A DNA stretch of 64,000 bases from Candidatus Iainarchaeum sp. (GCA_018304425.1 JAGVWE010000005.1:1-64000); one strand, 5' to 3'. Numbered from the stretch's first letter, positions 29,005 to 38,679 are shown. Numbers and translations are program-made. Notes: generated from the sequence alone by a model not told the origin.

Positions 29005-29151
29005 ATGCCCGCAAAAAACCTTTTCGCCTGCCCTGAGTGCGGCCTCTTCTACCCAGTGGAGGCGCTCGCCAAAAAGTGCGCGGCCTGGTGCAGGGTGCAT
29101 CCCGGCACCTGCGACCCCGGCATCATCGGGCAAGCGGTTAAAAAACGTTAG
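29005..29151 (+). CDS. 48-aa Cys-rich micro-protein (C2H2-like zinc finger)
   Basis: MPAKNLFACPECGLFYPVEALAKKCAAWCRVHPGTCDPGIIGQAVKKR*; below ORF-track cutoff; alternative in-frame ATG at 28984. Confidence 0.7.
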   Translation: MPAKNLFACPECGLFYPVEALAKKCAAWCRVHPGTCDPGIIGQAVKKR

Positions 29152-29174
29152 GGGTTCGTGCTTACTGTGATTCC

Positions 29175-30683
29175 ATGAAACTCCGGCTCTCCACCCAGAC
29201 CCTTTCCGACCCCCTCTCCTTCAAGGGCGATGCTCTGGTCCTCGGCTTGTTCAACGACGGAAAGCTCTCCCGGGAAGCAGACGCCATCGATGTGGCCGTG
29301 CACGGCGAACTCAAGGCGGCCCTGGCCAAAAAAGAGTTCACAGGGGATGTATCGCAGGCCATTTCGGTAACGACTTCCGGCAAGTTTCCCTTTCGCCGCG
29401 CGGTTTTCGTGGGCCTGGGCGACCAAGCCAAGTGCTCGCTGGAAACCCTGCGACGGGCCTCGGCCCAAGCCACCTTGTCCGCGAAGGGCCTGGGCTACAA
29501 GGCAGTTGGCACCACCCTCCACCAGTGCAACGTCGCCGGCGCCTCCACTGCCGACCGGGTGCGTGCCGTAGCCGAAGCCGCCGCGTTATCCGTCTACCAG
29601 TTCACGCAGTACAAGACCCTGGACTTGGAGAAAATCAAGGAACTGGATGAGGTCACGCTGCTCTTGCCACACGCGGACGCAGCCCTCAAAAAAGCCGTCG
29701 AAGAGGCCTCCATGGTATGCGATTCCGTTTACCTCGTGCGCGACCTGGTCAACACCCCGGCGGCCAGCAAGCGTCCGGCCGACCTCGCCAAACGCATTGC
29801 GGTAGAGGCGAAGAAGGTCGGAGTCAAGGCCATGGTCTTCGACCAGAAGCAGATTACGAAGATGGGCATGAATGGGTTGCTGGGCGTCAACAAGGGCAGC
29901 GCCCACGAGCCCCGCTTCGTCGTGCTGGAGTACAGGGGCGCTGGCGCCAAGAAGAAAGTCGCGCTCGTCGGGAAAGGGATTACGTTTGACTCGGGAGGAA
30001 TCAATCTCAAGCCCTGGCCGGCCATGCGGTACATGAAGGAAGACATGTCCGGCGCCGCCACCGCCGCAGGAACGGTTCTGGCCGCTGCAAAGCTCGGCCT
30101 GCCCCTGCACCTCTTGGCCGTGATGGCGTTCACCGAGAACATGCCGGCCGCCGACGCCTCCAAGCCAGGGGACGTGGTCAAGGCCTTGAACGGGAAAACC
30201 ATTGAGATCATTCACACCGACGCGGAGGGGCGCGTGATTCTGGCGGACGCCTTGAGCTATGCGGAAAAGCAGAAGCCGGACTGCATCGTCGACCTTGCCA
30301 CCCTCACGGGCGCGGTAGTCGTCGCGCTCGGCAGCTATTACACGGGCGTCATGGGCAACGACCAGAAGCTTGCCGAGCAACTCATTCAAGCCGGCCAAGC
30401 CACCGGGGAATGGGTGTGGCAACTGCCGCTTCCCGACGAGTACAAGGAATGGACGAAGAGCGAGGTCGCGGACGTGGGCAACATTTCAAAGGTCGAGGGC
30501 CAGGCAGGGGCCATTATCGGCGCGGCCTTCTTGAGCTATTTCGTGGAAAAAACCCCGTGGGCGCACCTGGACATCGCGGGAACGGCCTTCCTGGAAGCGC
30601 CGGACCAGTTCAGGCCCTACCTGCAAAAGGGCGGCACCGGCTGCGGGGTAAGGCTCCTCATCGATTGGCTGAAGGGACAGTAG
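29175..30683 (+). CDS. pepA: Leucyl aminopeptidase (M17)
   Basis: VGKGITFDSGG, MKEDM, HTDAEGR, DLATLTGA, WAHLDIAG. Confidence 0.95.
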   Translation: MKLRLSTQTLSDPLSFKGDALVLGLFNDGKLSREADAIDVAVHGELKAALAKKEFTGDVSQAISVTTSGKFPFRRAVFVGLGDQAKCSLETLRRASAQATLSAKGLGYKAVGTTLHQCNVAGASTADRVRAVAEAAALSVYQFTQYKTLDLEKIKELDEVTLLLPHADAALKKAVEEASMVCDSVYLVRDLVNTPAASKRPADLAKRIAVEAKKVGVKAMVFDQKQITKMGMNGLLGVNKGSAHEPRFVVLEYRGAGAKKKVALVGKGITFDSGGINLKPWPAMRYMKEDMSGAATAAGTVLAAAKLGLPLHLLAVMAFTENMPAADASKPGDVVKALNGKTIEIIHTDAEGRVILADALSYAEKQKPDCIVDLATLTGAVVVALGSYYTGVMGNDQKLAEQLIQAGQATGEWVWQLPLPDEYKEWTKSEVADVGNISKVEGQAGAIIGAAFLSYFVEKTPWAHLDIAGTAFLEAPDQFRPYLQKGGTGCGVRLLIDWLKGQ

Positions 30684-30691
30684 GCCGCGCC

Positions 30692-30922
30692 TCACTTTGT
30701 TTCCACAACCTTGATGCAATTCACCGGGCACACGCCTTCCGCGTCCTTGCAGGTTTCGAGGTCTTCTTCGCCGATTTCTTTTTCTTGCAAGTCCTTGGCG
30801 TTGTCCGCGCCAATCAGGTCCGCCTTGTCCCCGGCCTGCGCGAAGTGCTTGGGGCACGCGGCCACGCAGGCAAAGGCGCCGATGCAGAGGCTCTTGTCGT
30901 AGGAAACCTTGTATCTCGCCAT
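30692..30922 (-). CDS. Single-cluster ferredoxin, likely [3Fe-4S]
   Basis: CIGAFAC (second Cys replaced by Ala) ... CPVNCI. Confidence 0.85.
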   Translation of the reverse strand: MARYKVSYDKSLCIGAFACVAACPKHFAQAGDKADLIGADNAKDLQEKEIGEEDLETCKDAEGVCPVNCIKVVETK

Positions 30923-30978
30923 TTTGGTTCGATAGGTTAAAGTAATGAAAGTGGTTAATATACTTTATTGGTGGGTGC

Positions 30979-31089
30979 ATGGGGGAAACCCGGGAGTGCC
31001 CGCGCTGTGGGACAGCTTTTGACGAGATTTCGGGCAGCAGGCAGCGGAGCCGCTGCCCCCACTGTGGTTACTATGATGATTGCTGTTGA
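30979..31089 (+). CDS. 36-aa CPxCG zinc-ribbon micro-protein
   Basis: MGETRECPRCGTAFDEISGSRQRSRCPHCGYYDDCC*; AT-rich TATA-like element upstream; below ORF-track cutoff. Confidence 0.65.
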   Translation: MGETRECPRCGTAFDEISGSRQRSRCPHCGYYDDCC

Positions 31090-31160
31090 GCAAGCGGAAG
31101 CTGGGCATGGTTAATTCCCCGTTGACGGGGGAAAAGCAGTTGGAGAGCAATTCAATCGAT

Positions 31161-31379
31161 TTATTGGGGCATGACGTAGTAGCCTGCCGCTTTCTCCCGT
31201 GCCAGTCTCTTGATGACCTTCTTGTTGCAGAGGTTGGTCAAGAGGTTGGTTACCAGGCCTTTCGGCAGGTTTGCCTTGTCGCCAATCTGGTCAGCGGATT
31301 TCACGTGGGATTCGTCCACGGCGCCGATGTCCTTCATGGCGTTCACAATCTTCTCTTCTTGTGGGCTCAAGTCAACCAT
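31161..31379 (-). CDS. Small winged-helix DNA-binding protein
   Basis: LSPQEEKIV...KSADQI...LPKGLVTNLL..L..K..IKR...YY; GGAGG SD. Confidence 0.7.
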   Translation of the reverse strand: MVDLSPQEEKIVNAMKDIGAVDESHVKSADQIGDKANLPKGLVTNLLTNLCNKKVIKRLAREKAAGYYVMPQ

Positions 31380-31519
31380 GTTTTCCCTCCAGTAAAACAA
31401 GTCAAAACGGCAGTCAATCGCCGTAATATAACCCATTCTATCATGCAAGGACTTAAAAAAGCATCTGTACCCCCATACAATGGTTTTAAGGGCTTTAGAG
31501 GCCGATTCAAGGGGTTTTA

Positions 31520-32320
31520 ATGGATTCCATCCCTTGCCGGGTGAACCAGTTCTATGAACGCTACCCCTACCCGTCCCTGGCCCATTTCCGGGGCCGCTAT
31601 GACCCTGCCAGGCATTCAGACCGCATCCTCGCCCATTTGGGCCTCACGGCCCGCGACTTTGGCCCGGGCCAGCGCATCCTGGACATCGGGTGTGGCACCG
31701 GAGAAATAAGCTGTTCCCTGGCCTTCCACGGCGCGCAAGTGACCGCTCTCGACCTCTGCAGGGCTTCCCTGCAACGCGCCCGGGAAACCGCGGAACGGCA
31801 CGGCATCCAATCCATTTCCTTTGTCCGCGCCGATCTCCATTGCTTGCCACTTTCTACCTCCTTTGACCACGTCTTCTCCCTGGGCGTACTCCACCATTGC
31901 CCGGACAGCGGCCAAGCATTTTCCCACGTGGCACGGAGAGTCAGGCCAGGGGGACTCCTGACCCTGGGCCTCTACAGCGTGTTCGGCAAGCTGGTGGACC
32001 GCCTGCAACGGCAGTTGTTCTTCTGCCTGGGCGGCAGGGACCAAGAGAACCGGATCGAGGCAGCTGCTCGGTTCCTGCAAGGCATTCCCCCCTCGGACCT
32101 CGAACGCACGTATTTGGCGGACAAGCATGTGCACCCCCACGAAACCTATGTCTCAGCGCAAACCGTTTTGGGCTGGTTCAAGGCAGCCGACATTGAATTT
32201 GTGGGGGCCAGCTCCTCCCTGAACCCGGCGCAGCCCCTGCTCAGCGAGTTGACCTGGCTGGGGAAACGGAAAGCCTTCTACTTGGTTTCGGGCAGAAAAC
32301 GCGAGACACAGTCTTTTTAA
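31520..32320 (+). CDS. Class I SAM-dependent methyltransferase
   Basis: ILDIGCGTG, GVLHH, RPGG, HPHE. Confidence 0.85.
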   Translation: MDSIPCRVNQFYERYPYPSLAHFRGRYDPARHSDRILAHLGLTARDFGPGQRILDIGCGTGEISCSLAFHGAQVTALDLCRASLQRARETAERHGIQSISFVRADLHCLPLSTSFDHVFSLGVLHHCPDSGQAFSHVARRVRPGGLLTLGLYSVFGKLVDRLQRQLFFCLGGRDQENRIEAAARFLQGIPPSDLERTYLADKHVHPHETYVSAQTVLGWFKAADIEFVGASSSLNPAQPLLSELTWLGKRKAFYLVSGRKRETQSF

Positions 32321-32343
32321 ACCTGAAGTGAATTGATTAATAC

Positions 32344-33300
32344 ATGTACTTCGAGTTGGTGGCCCTCCTGGTCTCCATTGCCGTGCTGGCGAAGAGCAGC
32401 GAGATAGTCATTGATGCCTGCATCAAGATTTCCGAGTTCTACCAGGTTTCCCAGTTGGCAGTCGGCTTCATCCTCATCGCCTTTGCCACTTCCATCCCGG
32501 ACTTCGCGGTCTCGGTGATGGCCGCCTTTTCGGGCAACACGGCCATGGCCATCGGGGATGCTTTGGGTAGCAGCATCGCCAACATCTCCCTGGTCCTGGG
32601 TGCGGGGGCCCTGCTGCGCACCATCAACGTGAAGCGCGAGAAAATCATCGAAAGCGCGGAACTCCTCCTCCTCATCAGCTTGCTGCCCCTCATCATTTTG
32701 CCCCGCAACCGGGTGGGCTTCTTCGAGGGCCTCATCTTCATCCTGATTTTCTTCTTGTACTGCTTTTTCGTGGTCAAGGAACGGATTACCCTCCAAGTGA
32801 AGGACGGCGTGACCAAGAAAGAAGTCCATAAGTCCATGCTGTGGTTTGTCCTGGGCATGGTCGTCGTGGTGGTGGCGGCCAAGTTCACGGTCGACTACGG
32901 CGTGAAAATCGCGGACCTCATCGGGGTCGCGCCCGCGCTCATCGGCATGACAGTCATCGCCTTCGGCACCACCCTGCCCGAGCTCATGATTGACCTCACC
33001 GCCCTCCGAAGGGGTTACACCTCACTGGCCATCGGCGACATCCTGGGCAGCACCGTCATCAACCTGACCCTGGTCATGGGAACCGCGCTCCTCATCAAGG
33101 AAACCGTGGTCGACTTCCAGGTGTTCCTGCTGCCACTCGTGACCCTCCTCCTCGTGAACTCGCTGTTGACCTATGCCCTGCTCAAGCACGAGGGCATCCG
33201 CAAGCAGTTCGGCCTCATCTTCATCCTGATTTACGTCGTCTTCCTCCTCATCGAGTTCATGCATTGCCTGGAATGCTTTGAGACCGGCATCCTGGGATAA
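32344..33300 (+). CDS. Na+/Ca2+ (CaCA) antiporter
   Basis: Two alpha repeats AFATSIPD...GSSIAN and AFGTTLPE...GSTVIN. Confidence 0.88.
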   Translation: MYFELVALLVSIAVLAKSSEIVIDACIKISEFYQVSQLAVGFILIAFATSIPDFAVSVMAAFSGNTAMAIGDALGSSIANISLVLGAGALLRTINVKREKIIESAELLLLISLLPLIILPRNRVGFFEGLIFILIFFLYCFFVVKERITLQVKDGVTKKEVHKSMLWFVLGMVVVVVAAKFTVDYGVKIADLIGVAPALIGMTVIAFGTTLPELMIDLTALRRGYTSLAIGDILGSTVINLTLVMGTALLIKETVVDFQVFLLPLVTLLLVNSLLTYALLKHEGIRKQFGLIFILIYVVFLLIEFMHCLECFETGILG

Positions 33301-33342
33301 GCCTTAATAACCGGAAAGCATTAACCTTACCAGTGAGCCCCC

Positions 33343-33951
33343 ATGGAAGGAAAGTTCCTCAAGAAGGCGCTGGAAGCCGCTTTGTTCATGTCCCCTGGAG
33401 TCATCTCCTTGCATGAGTTGGCGCGCATCGGCGAAACCAATGTCGCGGAGGCCCGGGTGGCCTTGAACGAGTTGATGCACGAATACGAGGAACGCGATTC
33501 AGCTTTAATCATCGCGGAAGAAGAAACCGGCCTGCGCATGAAGGTGAAGCCGGAACTCGAGGACAAGGTAAGCCACCTGGCCAACATCCCGAGCTTCCAC
33601 CAAGGCGTTTTGAAGACCCTGGCCTACATCGCCTACAAGCAGCCGGTGACGCAGGCGCAGGTCATCCATTTCCGCAATTCCAAGGCCTATGAGCACATCA
33701 AAATCCTCAAGGAAAAGGGCTTCATCCGCAAGGAAAAGGCCGGCATCACCTACAAATTGTTCACGACCAAGAAATTCCACGATTACTTCGGGAAGAACCT
33801 GGCCCCCAAGCAACCCGGGCAAAGCGACGAACAGGCAACCGCCCAGTTCGCGCAGGCCACGGGCGCGCCGGTAGAGCCGGCCGAACCAGTCGGAGAAGCA
33901 GTCCCTGAGCCAGTCCAGCCACAGCCGCCCTCCGAACCCGTCAATCAGTGA
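33343..33951 (+). CDS. scpB: Segregation/condensation protein B
   Basis: LEAALF, LKTLAYIAYKQPVTQ, TTKKFHDYFG. Confidence 0.9.
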   Translation: MEGKFLKKALEAALFMSPGVISLHELARIGETNVAEARVALNELMHEYEERDSALIIAEEETGLRMKVKPELEDKVSHLANIPSFHQGVLKTLAYIAYKQPVTQAQVIHFRNSKAYEHIKILKEKGFIRKEKAGITYKLFTTKKFHDYFGKNLAPKQPGQSDEQATAQFAQATGAPVEPAEPVGEAVPEPVQPQPPSEPVNQ

Positions 33952-34493
33952 ACCCTTACCGCTTTTCCGTTGCGCGTGGGGTGCTCGGTTTTCAAGCCGA
34001 TTTCGAGGATGCCGTTCTTGTACAGGGCTTTCACGGAGCCGGCAGCGATTCTTTCGCCGAACTCGATTTCCTTGTAATAGGGGGTGTCGCCTTCCACCTG
34101 CACCGTGACCGCGGACTTGGCCACCCTGACCTTCAAGTCCTCCCGTCGGATGCCCGGCAATTCCACGGAAATCGTGGCTTGCTCGCCTTGCCGGTTCACG
34201 TCCACCAGTGGCTGCCAGGCCCCGCCTTCCTGGCGTGCGCCGGACTGCCCTCCGGTGGGTATGCCGAGGGGTGCCCCGACTCGGGGCTTGACGTTGCCGA
34301 ATTCCTCTATCCTTGGCCGGCCATCCGCGTCAAACCGCATGCTGAAGCCGAACAAGACCGGGTTCCTTCCATCCAGGGCCTCAAAGCCCTCGACTTCCAT
34401 GAGTTCCTGCATCAACTCATCCATTAATTCTTCGAGGCGCTCGAAGCGCGAGAAATCCCTTTCCTTCCTGGCCTGGTTGGCGTTCGCGGGCAT
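33945..34493 (-). CDS. Archaeal small heat-shock protein Hsp20
   Basis: GRPRIEEFGNV, PLVDV, ELPG, YKNGILEI. Confidence 0.9.
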   Translation of the reverse strand: MPANANQARKERDFSRFERLEELMDELMQELMEVEGFEALDGRNPVLFGFSMRFDADGRPRIEEFGNVKPRVGAPLGIPTGGQSGARQEGGAWQPLVDVNRQGEQATISVELPGIRREDLKVRVAKSAVTVQVEGDTPYYKEIEFGERIAAGSVKALYKNGILEIGLKTEHPTRNGKAVRVH

Positions 34494-34498
34494 GTCCG

Positions 34499-35161
34499 TC
34501 ACCCTTTCCACGAGTGCAGCTTTTTCTGGAACCGTTCGTTGAGCAGGCGCTGGTTGGTGTCCCAGCTTTTCCGCACAAAGTCCGGCAGCTTATTGTTTTG
34601 TTGCAGCCAATTTTTTATAAAGCGGATGGTGACTTCGTCGTGCGGGTAGCCGGAGCCCATCTCGCCATAGGTTTTCGCCAGCTTCTTTATTTCCTCGTCG
34701 CGCTCGACCTTGGCGATGACCGAGGCCGCGCCACAAATGGGGTAATTCAGGTCCGCCTTGTGCTCGGAAACGATTTTGACCGAGAAATCGCAGTAGCGTT
34801 CGATGCGTTTGCCGAAGTTTTCCTGGATGACGTCCGGGGCATCCACGTAGACCACGTCCGGCTTGACGTGGAGGTTATTCAGCAGCCAGCCGATGCGCAT
34901 GGCCTCGATTTCGTTGAGGCTCTGCCGCTCGCGGAGTTCATCTATTTCCTGGGCCGCGATCTGCGTGGAAAGGGTTTCCCGGCACAGGGCCTTGATTTGG
35001 GGGTAAAACGCCTCCCTCTTGGCCGGGGAAAGCAGTTTGGAATCGGTTACCCCCATTTCCACGAGCCGTTCCTCGTCTCCCTTCTCGATGGAGGCAACCG
35101 CGAGCACCATGGGGCCAATCGCGGGCCCGCGCCCGGCCTCGTCAATGCCCGCTATCAGCAT
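34499..35161 (-). CDS. rnhB: Ribonuclease HII
   Basis: GIDEAGRG, DSK, KAD..YP...AAS.IAKV.RD, GSGYP; C-terminal QKKLHSW PIP-like box. Confidence 0.95.
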   Translation of the reverse strand: MLIAGIDEAGRGPAIGPMVLAVASIEKGDEERLVEMGVTDSKLLSPAKREAFYPQIKALCRETLSTQIAAQEIDELRERQSLNEIEAMRIGWLLNNLHVKPDVVYVDAPDVIQENFGKRIERYCDFSVKIVSEHKADLNYPICGAASVIAKVERDEEIKKLAKTYGEMGSGYPHDEVTIRFIKNWLQQNNKLPDFVRKSWDTNQRLLNERFQKKLHSWKG

Positions 35162-35270
35162 AATAACCCCAGTTAAGTCAAGGGGGCTTGCTTTATTAAA
35201 GGTTTTGCACGCCAAACAATTTAGGCAAAACCAATTCGCGTTTTTGCGTTTTTTTGAGGGTGAATCAAGC

Positions 35271-35618
35271 ATGAAGGCAATCTTTCTCAGTTTCGCGCGC
35301 GGCGTCGCGACCATGAACCCCAGGAAATGGGTCATGGAGGTTCCGGGAATCACGTCGGCTGCCCAGGCCGCGCCCTTGGCCGGCCAAAAAGTCATCTGGA
35401 CCTCCAGTGGCGGCAAGAAAATCGTGGGCAAAGTGATGGGCGCCCACGGCGACACGGGCCACATCATCGCGAACTTCAAGAAAGGCCCGCCCCACACCGT
35501 GCGCGGCCACAAAGCAGAACTCCGCGACAAGCCCGGCTTCGGCAGGAAAGGCGCGGCCAAAGCCCCTTCGGCGGCCAAGCCGGCAGCCAACCCCCATGCG
35601 GGGGCCAAGAAGAAATAG
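35271..35618 (+). CDS. rpl35ae: 50S ribosomal protein L35Ae
   Basis: KVIW...GKV...HG..G...A.F pattern of L35Ae; basic tail. Confidence 0.75.
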   Translation: MKAIFLSFARGVATMNPRKWVMEVPGITSAAQAAPLAGQKVIWTSSGGKKIVGKVMGAHGDTGHIIANFKKGPPHTVRGHKAELRDKPGFGRKGAAKAPSAAKPAANPHAGAKKK

Positions 35619-35625
35619 CCGTTTT

Positions 35626-36459
35626 TTACGGGAGCCAGTTCCACTTCTTTTTCGCCAGCGTGTAAAGGCCTAGATACGCGAGCGTCGTCCCGATTGCAGC
35701 GCTTGTGCCGGCGTAAACACCCATGGCCTGATATGCGAAGTAAACGGTCAGGCAATACACCAGCATCCCGCCCAAGCCGATGGGCAGGTTCTTGATGATG
35801 GGATGGGTTTGCTTGCCTCCATACGCGTGGTGCACGATGAGGAGCGTGGGCCAGGTGGTGATGCCGAAGGCGGAAAACAACCCAGCCCACTCGGAGCCCA
35901 CGGTGTAAGCGGCTTCGGTGACGGCCAGGACAATGGCTCCAGCCAAGGCAGCCCGGAAGGCCAATACCTGGGGCGTGAGCCGGATGCGTTGGCTGATTTT
36001 GGTGTTGCGAATTTCCTTGAACAGGTAGGTGAAAATGAACAGGGACAAGAGGAGCGCCAGGGGCGCGGTGACAATCGTGAATTCGATTGGGCGCAGTGCG
36101 AAGGCCGCGGCCAGGTAGCCGAGTAGGGAGCCAGCCAGCGAGAGAACCAAGCCATGCTTCCGGGTTCGCTTCGATACCTGGTAGTAACAATACACCCCGG
36201 CCTGCACGGCCAGCATGCCTGCGAGCACAAAGACCGCGCTCTTCGCCGCGAATTCCGGGCCCTGCTCCAGCCCGAAGAAGAACAAGCCGATGGCGCTTCC
36301 CTGAGGCAGGCCTGCGATGATGCCGGCCAGGCGCGGGTTGATGCGCTCGGCGATGGCCGTAGTAATCAGGACAGTGGCCACCGCGACCACGAATTTGAGG
36401 ACGAAAAGCGCGTAGAGCATGCTGATTGTGGGAGCCATAAGCATTAAATTTGCATTCAT
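35626..36459 (-). CDS. Multi-pass membrane protein of unknown function (internal duplication)
   Basis: AER..PRLAGIIAGLP and G.EWAGLFSAF half-repeats; start may be 36440. Confidence 0.7.
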   Translation of the reverse strand: MNANLMLMAPTISMLYALFVLKFVVAVATVLITTAIAERINPRLAGIIAGLPQGSAIGLFFFGLEQGPEFAAKSAVFVLAGMLAVQAGVYCYYQVSKRTRKHGLVLSLAGSLLGYLAAAFALRPIEFTIVTAPLALLLSLFIFTYLFKEIRNTKISQRIRLTPQVLAFRAALAGAIVLAVTEAAYTVGSEWAGLFSAFGITTWPTLLIVHHAYGGKQTHPIIKNLPIGLGGMLVYCLTVYFAYQAMGVYAGTSAAIGTTLAYLGLYTLAKKKWNWLP

Positions 36460-36472
36460 CGTTTAATGGTGC

Positions 36473-36979
36473 ATGCGTGCCTGGCTTTTGGCAATAGCCC
36501 TCGTGGTGTTGGCCTTGGTGTTTGGTATGACGAAATCAGCGGTGCAAAAAATCAGGGTGGCGGTCATCAAACCGGCGGGGGATGTCGGGATCGCGCTCGA
36601 GCAGTGCCCTGGCGTGGTCGCCTTCCATGAATCGCCTGCCGCCTTCCCTGAAGGGGATGCGCTGCGGGCCGCGCTCGCGGAATTGCTTGGCCTGTATAGG
36701 AATCCCCTGTTTCAGGGAATGAACTTTGTCCGGCCCATCGAAGACGGCGCGCTTGATTTTGAGAAGGTCCGCGTCACGGACGGCGTGGCCAACGTCTACC
36801 TAGTCGGCGACCGCTTGTGGGCCGGGAATTACTGCGAAGACCGTTACCTTGAAGCCCAGTTTTATTTTACCGTGACCCAATTTCCCGGCGTGAACGGCGT
36901 CAAGGTGTACGTAAACGGCGACCTCATGGGTGAAGGCAAGTCAGGCTGGAGATATTTTACCGACCGGTATAACGAATGA
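36473..36979 (+). CDS. GerMN-domain membrane-anchored protein
   Basis: N-terminal TM; AAL.ELL, GVANV, TVTQFPGVNGVKVYVNG GerMN-like C-terminus. Confidence 0.7.
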   Translation: MRAWLLAIALVVLALVFGMTKSAVQKIRVAVIKPAGDVGIALEQCPGVVAFHESPAAFPEGDALRAALAELLGLYRNPLFQGMNFVRPIEDGALDFEKVRVTDGVANVYLVGDRLWAGNYCEDRYLEAQFYFTVTQFPGVNGVKVYVNGDLMGEGKSGWRYFTDRYNE

Positions 36980-37047
36980 CTCGGTCGCTTAGGGCAGCCT
37001 GAATGGCAGGGCCGCAAGAAAAAGAAAAAGGAGAAGGTTTACCGCGG

Positions 37048-37956
37048 TTAAGCGGTAACCTCTATGTTAAGTCTCTTTTTGAGTTCGCGGTAGCGGTTTC
37101 GGATGGTGACTTCGGTTACACCCGCCACGTTGGCGACCTCTTTCTGGGTCCGGCGCTCGCCCTTCAGCAGGCCCGCGATATAGACGGCTGCGGCCGCCAC
37201 ACCGGTCGGGCCGCGGCCTGAAATCAGGCCGTTGCCAATGGCTTCCTCGAGGATGCGCCTGCCCTCTTCCTGCACCTCTCCCGAGAGGTTCAGCTCGGAG
37301 GCGAACCTGGGGATGTAGTGGATGGGGTTGGTCAGGGGCACGTCGAGCTTGAGCTCGCGGACCAGGAACCGGTAGGTCCTGCCGATTTCCTTCTTCGTGA
37401 GACCGGATGCCTCGGCCATCTCGTTCAGGGTGCGGGGCACGTTGTAGGTCCTGCACACCGTGTAGAGCACGGCCGCAACAACCGCTTCGATGAGGCGGCC
37501 GCGGATGAGGCCCTTCTTCACCGTCTTACGGTAGAGCAGCGCAGCCGCTTCAACCAGTTGCTCGGGGATGTTCAGGTAACTGGCCACCCTCCGCAACTCG
37601 GTGAGCGCGATGCTCAGGTTCCGCTGCATGGAAGAGCTGATGCTGGCCCGCTTATGCCACTTGATGAGCCTATACATCTGGGCGCGGCTCTTGCTGGACA
37701 GCTTGTTGCCCCGCAAGTCGGTGCCGCGCCGGTCAATCATGGTGACCAGGCCCTTGTTGAGTTTCACGTACTTCATGGGGGAACCCGTGCGGGCTCTTTC
37801 CTCGAACTGGTCGGAGTCAAAGCTCCTCCATTCCTTGCCCACGTCGACAATCTCGTCCGACAACACCAAACCACAGCTGTCGCACGTGATTTCTCCGCGC
37901 TCCTCGTCGCGGTTCACCTTGAACGAGTTGCATTCAGGGCACTTCGTGCTAGTCAT
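37048..37956 (-). CDS. tfb: Transcription initiation factor IIB
   Basis: CPEC...CDSCG Zn ribbon, EWRSF, two cyclin repeats, GVTEVTIRNRY. Confidence 0.97.
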   Translation of the reverse strand: MTSTKCPECNSFKVNRDEERGEITCDSCGLVLSDEIVDVGKEWRSFDSDQFEERARTGSPMKYVKLNKGLVTMIDRRGTDLRGNKLSSKSRAQMYRLIKWHKRASISSSMQRNLSIALTELRRVASYLNIPEQLVEAAALLYRKTVKKGLIRGRLIEAVVAAVLYTVCRTYNVPRTLNEMAEASGLTKKEIGRTYRFLVRELKLDVPLTNPIHYIPRFASELNLSGEVQEEGRRILEEAIGNGLISGRGPTGVAAAAVYIAGLLKGERRTQKEVANVAGVTEVTIRNRYRELKKRLNIEVTA

Positions 37957-38128
37957 TACACCACCTTTCCGGATATGCTGGTTGAAACCGATTTGACGCC
38001 GATGTCCTACACCTCTTCGATTGAAGGAAGTAGAATAAAGCGAATGGGAACTAATATAAATAGCCCACCACCATCTATTTAAAGCTTTCGGTACATCACT
38101 GCGGTGAAAAAGAGTCAAGGCCTTATTT

Positions 38129-38623
38129 TCAGGCCTTTTCGGCTTTTTTGGCCTTTTTTGCCTTGGAAGCGCTTGCTTTTGCCTGCTTTGTAGCTGCCGC
38201 GGCTTCTGCGGCCTTTTCTGCCTCGGGGGCGAGCACGGCTTGCACCACGCCGACCTGGCCAGGCCGGGAGGTTACCCGGGCTTTAACGGTTTTATCGCCT
38301 AATTTGACGCTGATGATGGCCCCCTTGGTCATGATGTTCTGCCGGGCAAAGTGTCGGTTGGCTTCGTTGCCGGAAACCGTGACAATGACGCCTTTAACGG
38401 TTTTACCGGTCTTTTGGTCGGTAACCGCGGCTTCCCGGGCTTTCCGGGCCTTGTGCTTGACTACCAGGCCCCGGGCTTGGACTACCAGGGTTTCTGGCTC
38501 CTGGGCAATGGTCGTGGCCGCAAAGTCTCCGCCCTTCCACGCCAGTTTCTTGTCGCAGCGGTTCTTCGCGTAGTTGATGCCACCGGAAGCGAGTTTATTG
38601 CTTTTCATATGCCATTGCGTCAT
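38129..38623 (-). CDS. rps8e: 30S ribosomal protein S8e
   Basis: NIMTKGAII, ARVTSRPGQVG; Ala/Lys tail. Confidence 0.9.
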   Translation of the reverse strand: MTQWHMKSNKLASGGINYAKNRCDKKLAWKGGDFAATTIAQEPETLVVQARGLVVKHKARKAREAAVTDQKTGKTVKGVIVTVSGNEANRHFARQNIMTKGAIISVKLGDKTVKARVTSRPGQVGVVQAVLAPEAEKAAEAAAATKQAKASASKAKKAKKAEKA

Positions 38624-38679
38624 TATAACGTTCCTCCAACCCAGTTAAAACGGCTTAAAAAGCCATTGCCCTTCTTTTA

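Noticed and set aside
19423-33951. scpA and scpB as a Wadjet/Mks-type defence system
   Set aside because: They are 13 kb apart among housekeeping genes, with no SMC or JetD in the window; ordinary condensin subunits
34499-36190. 563-aa RNase HII fusion in the ORF track
   Set aside because: The upstream extension overlaps L35Ae and a membrane gene; the true start is MLIAGIDEAGRG at 35161
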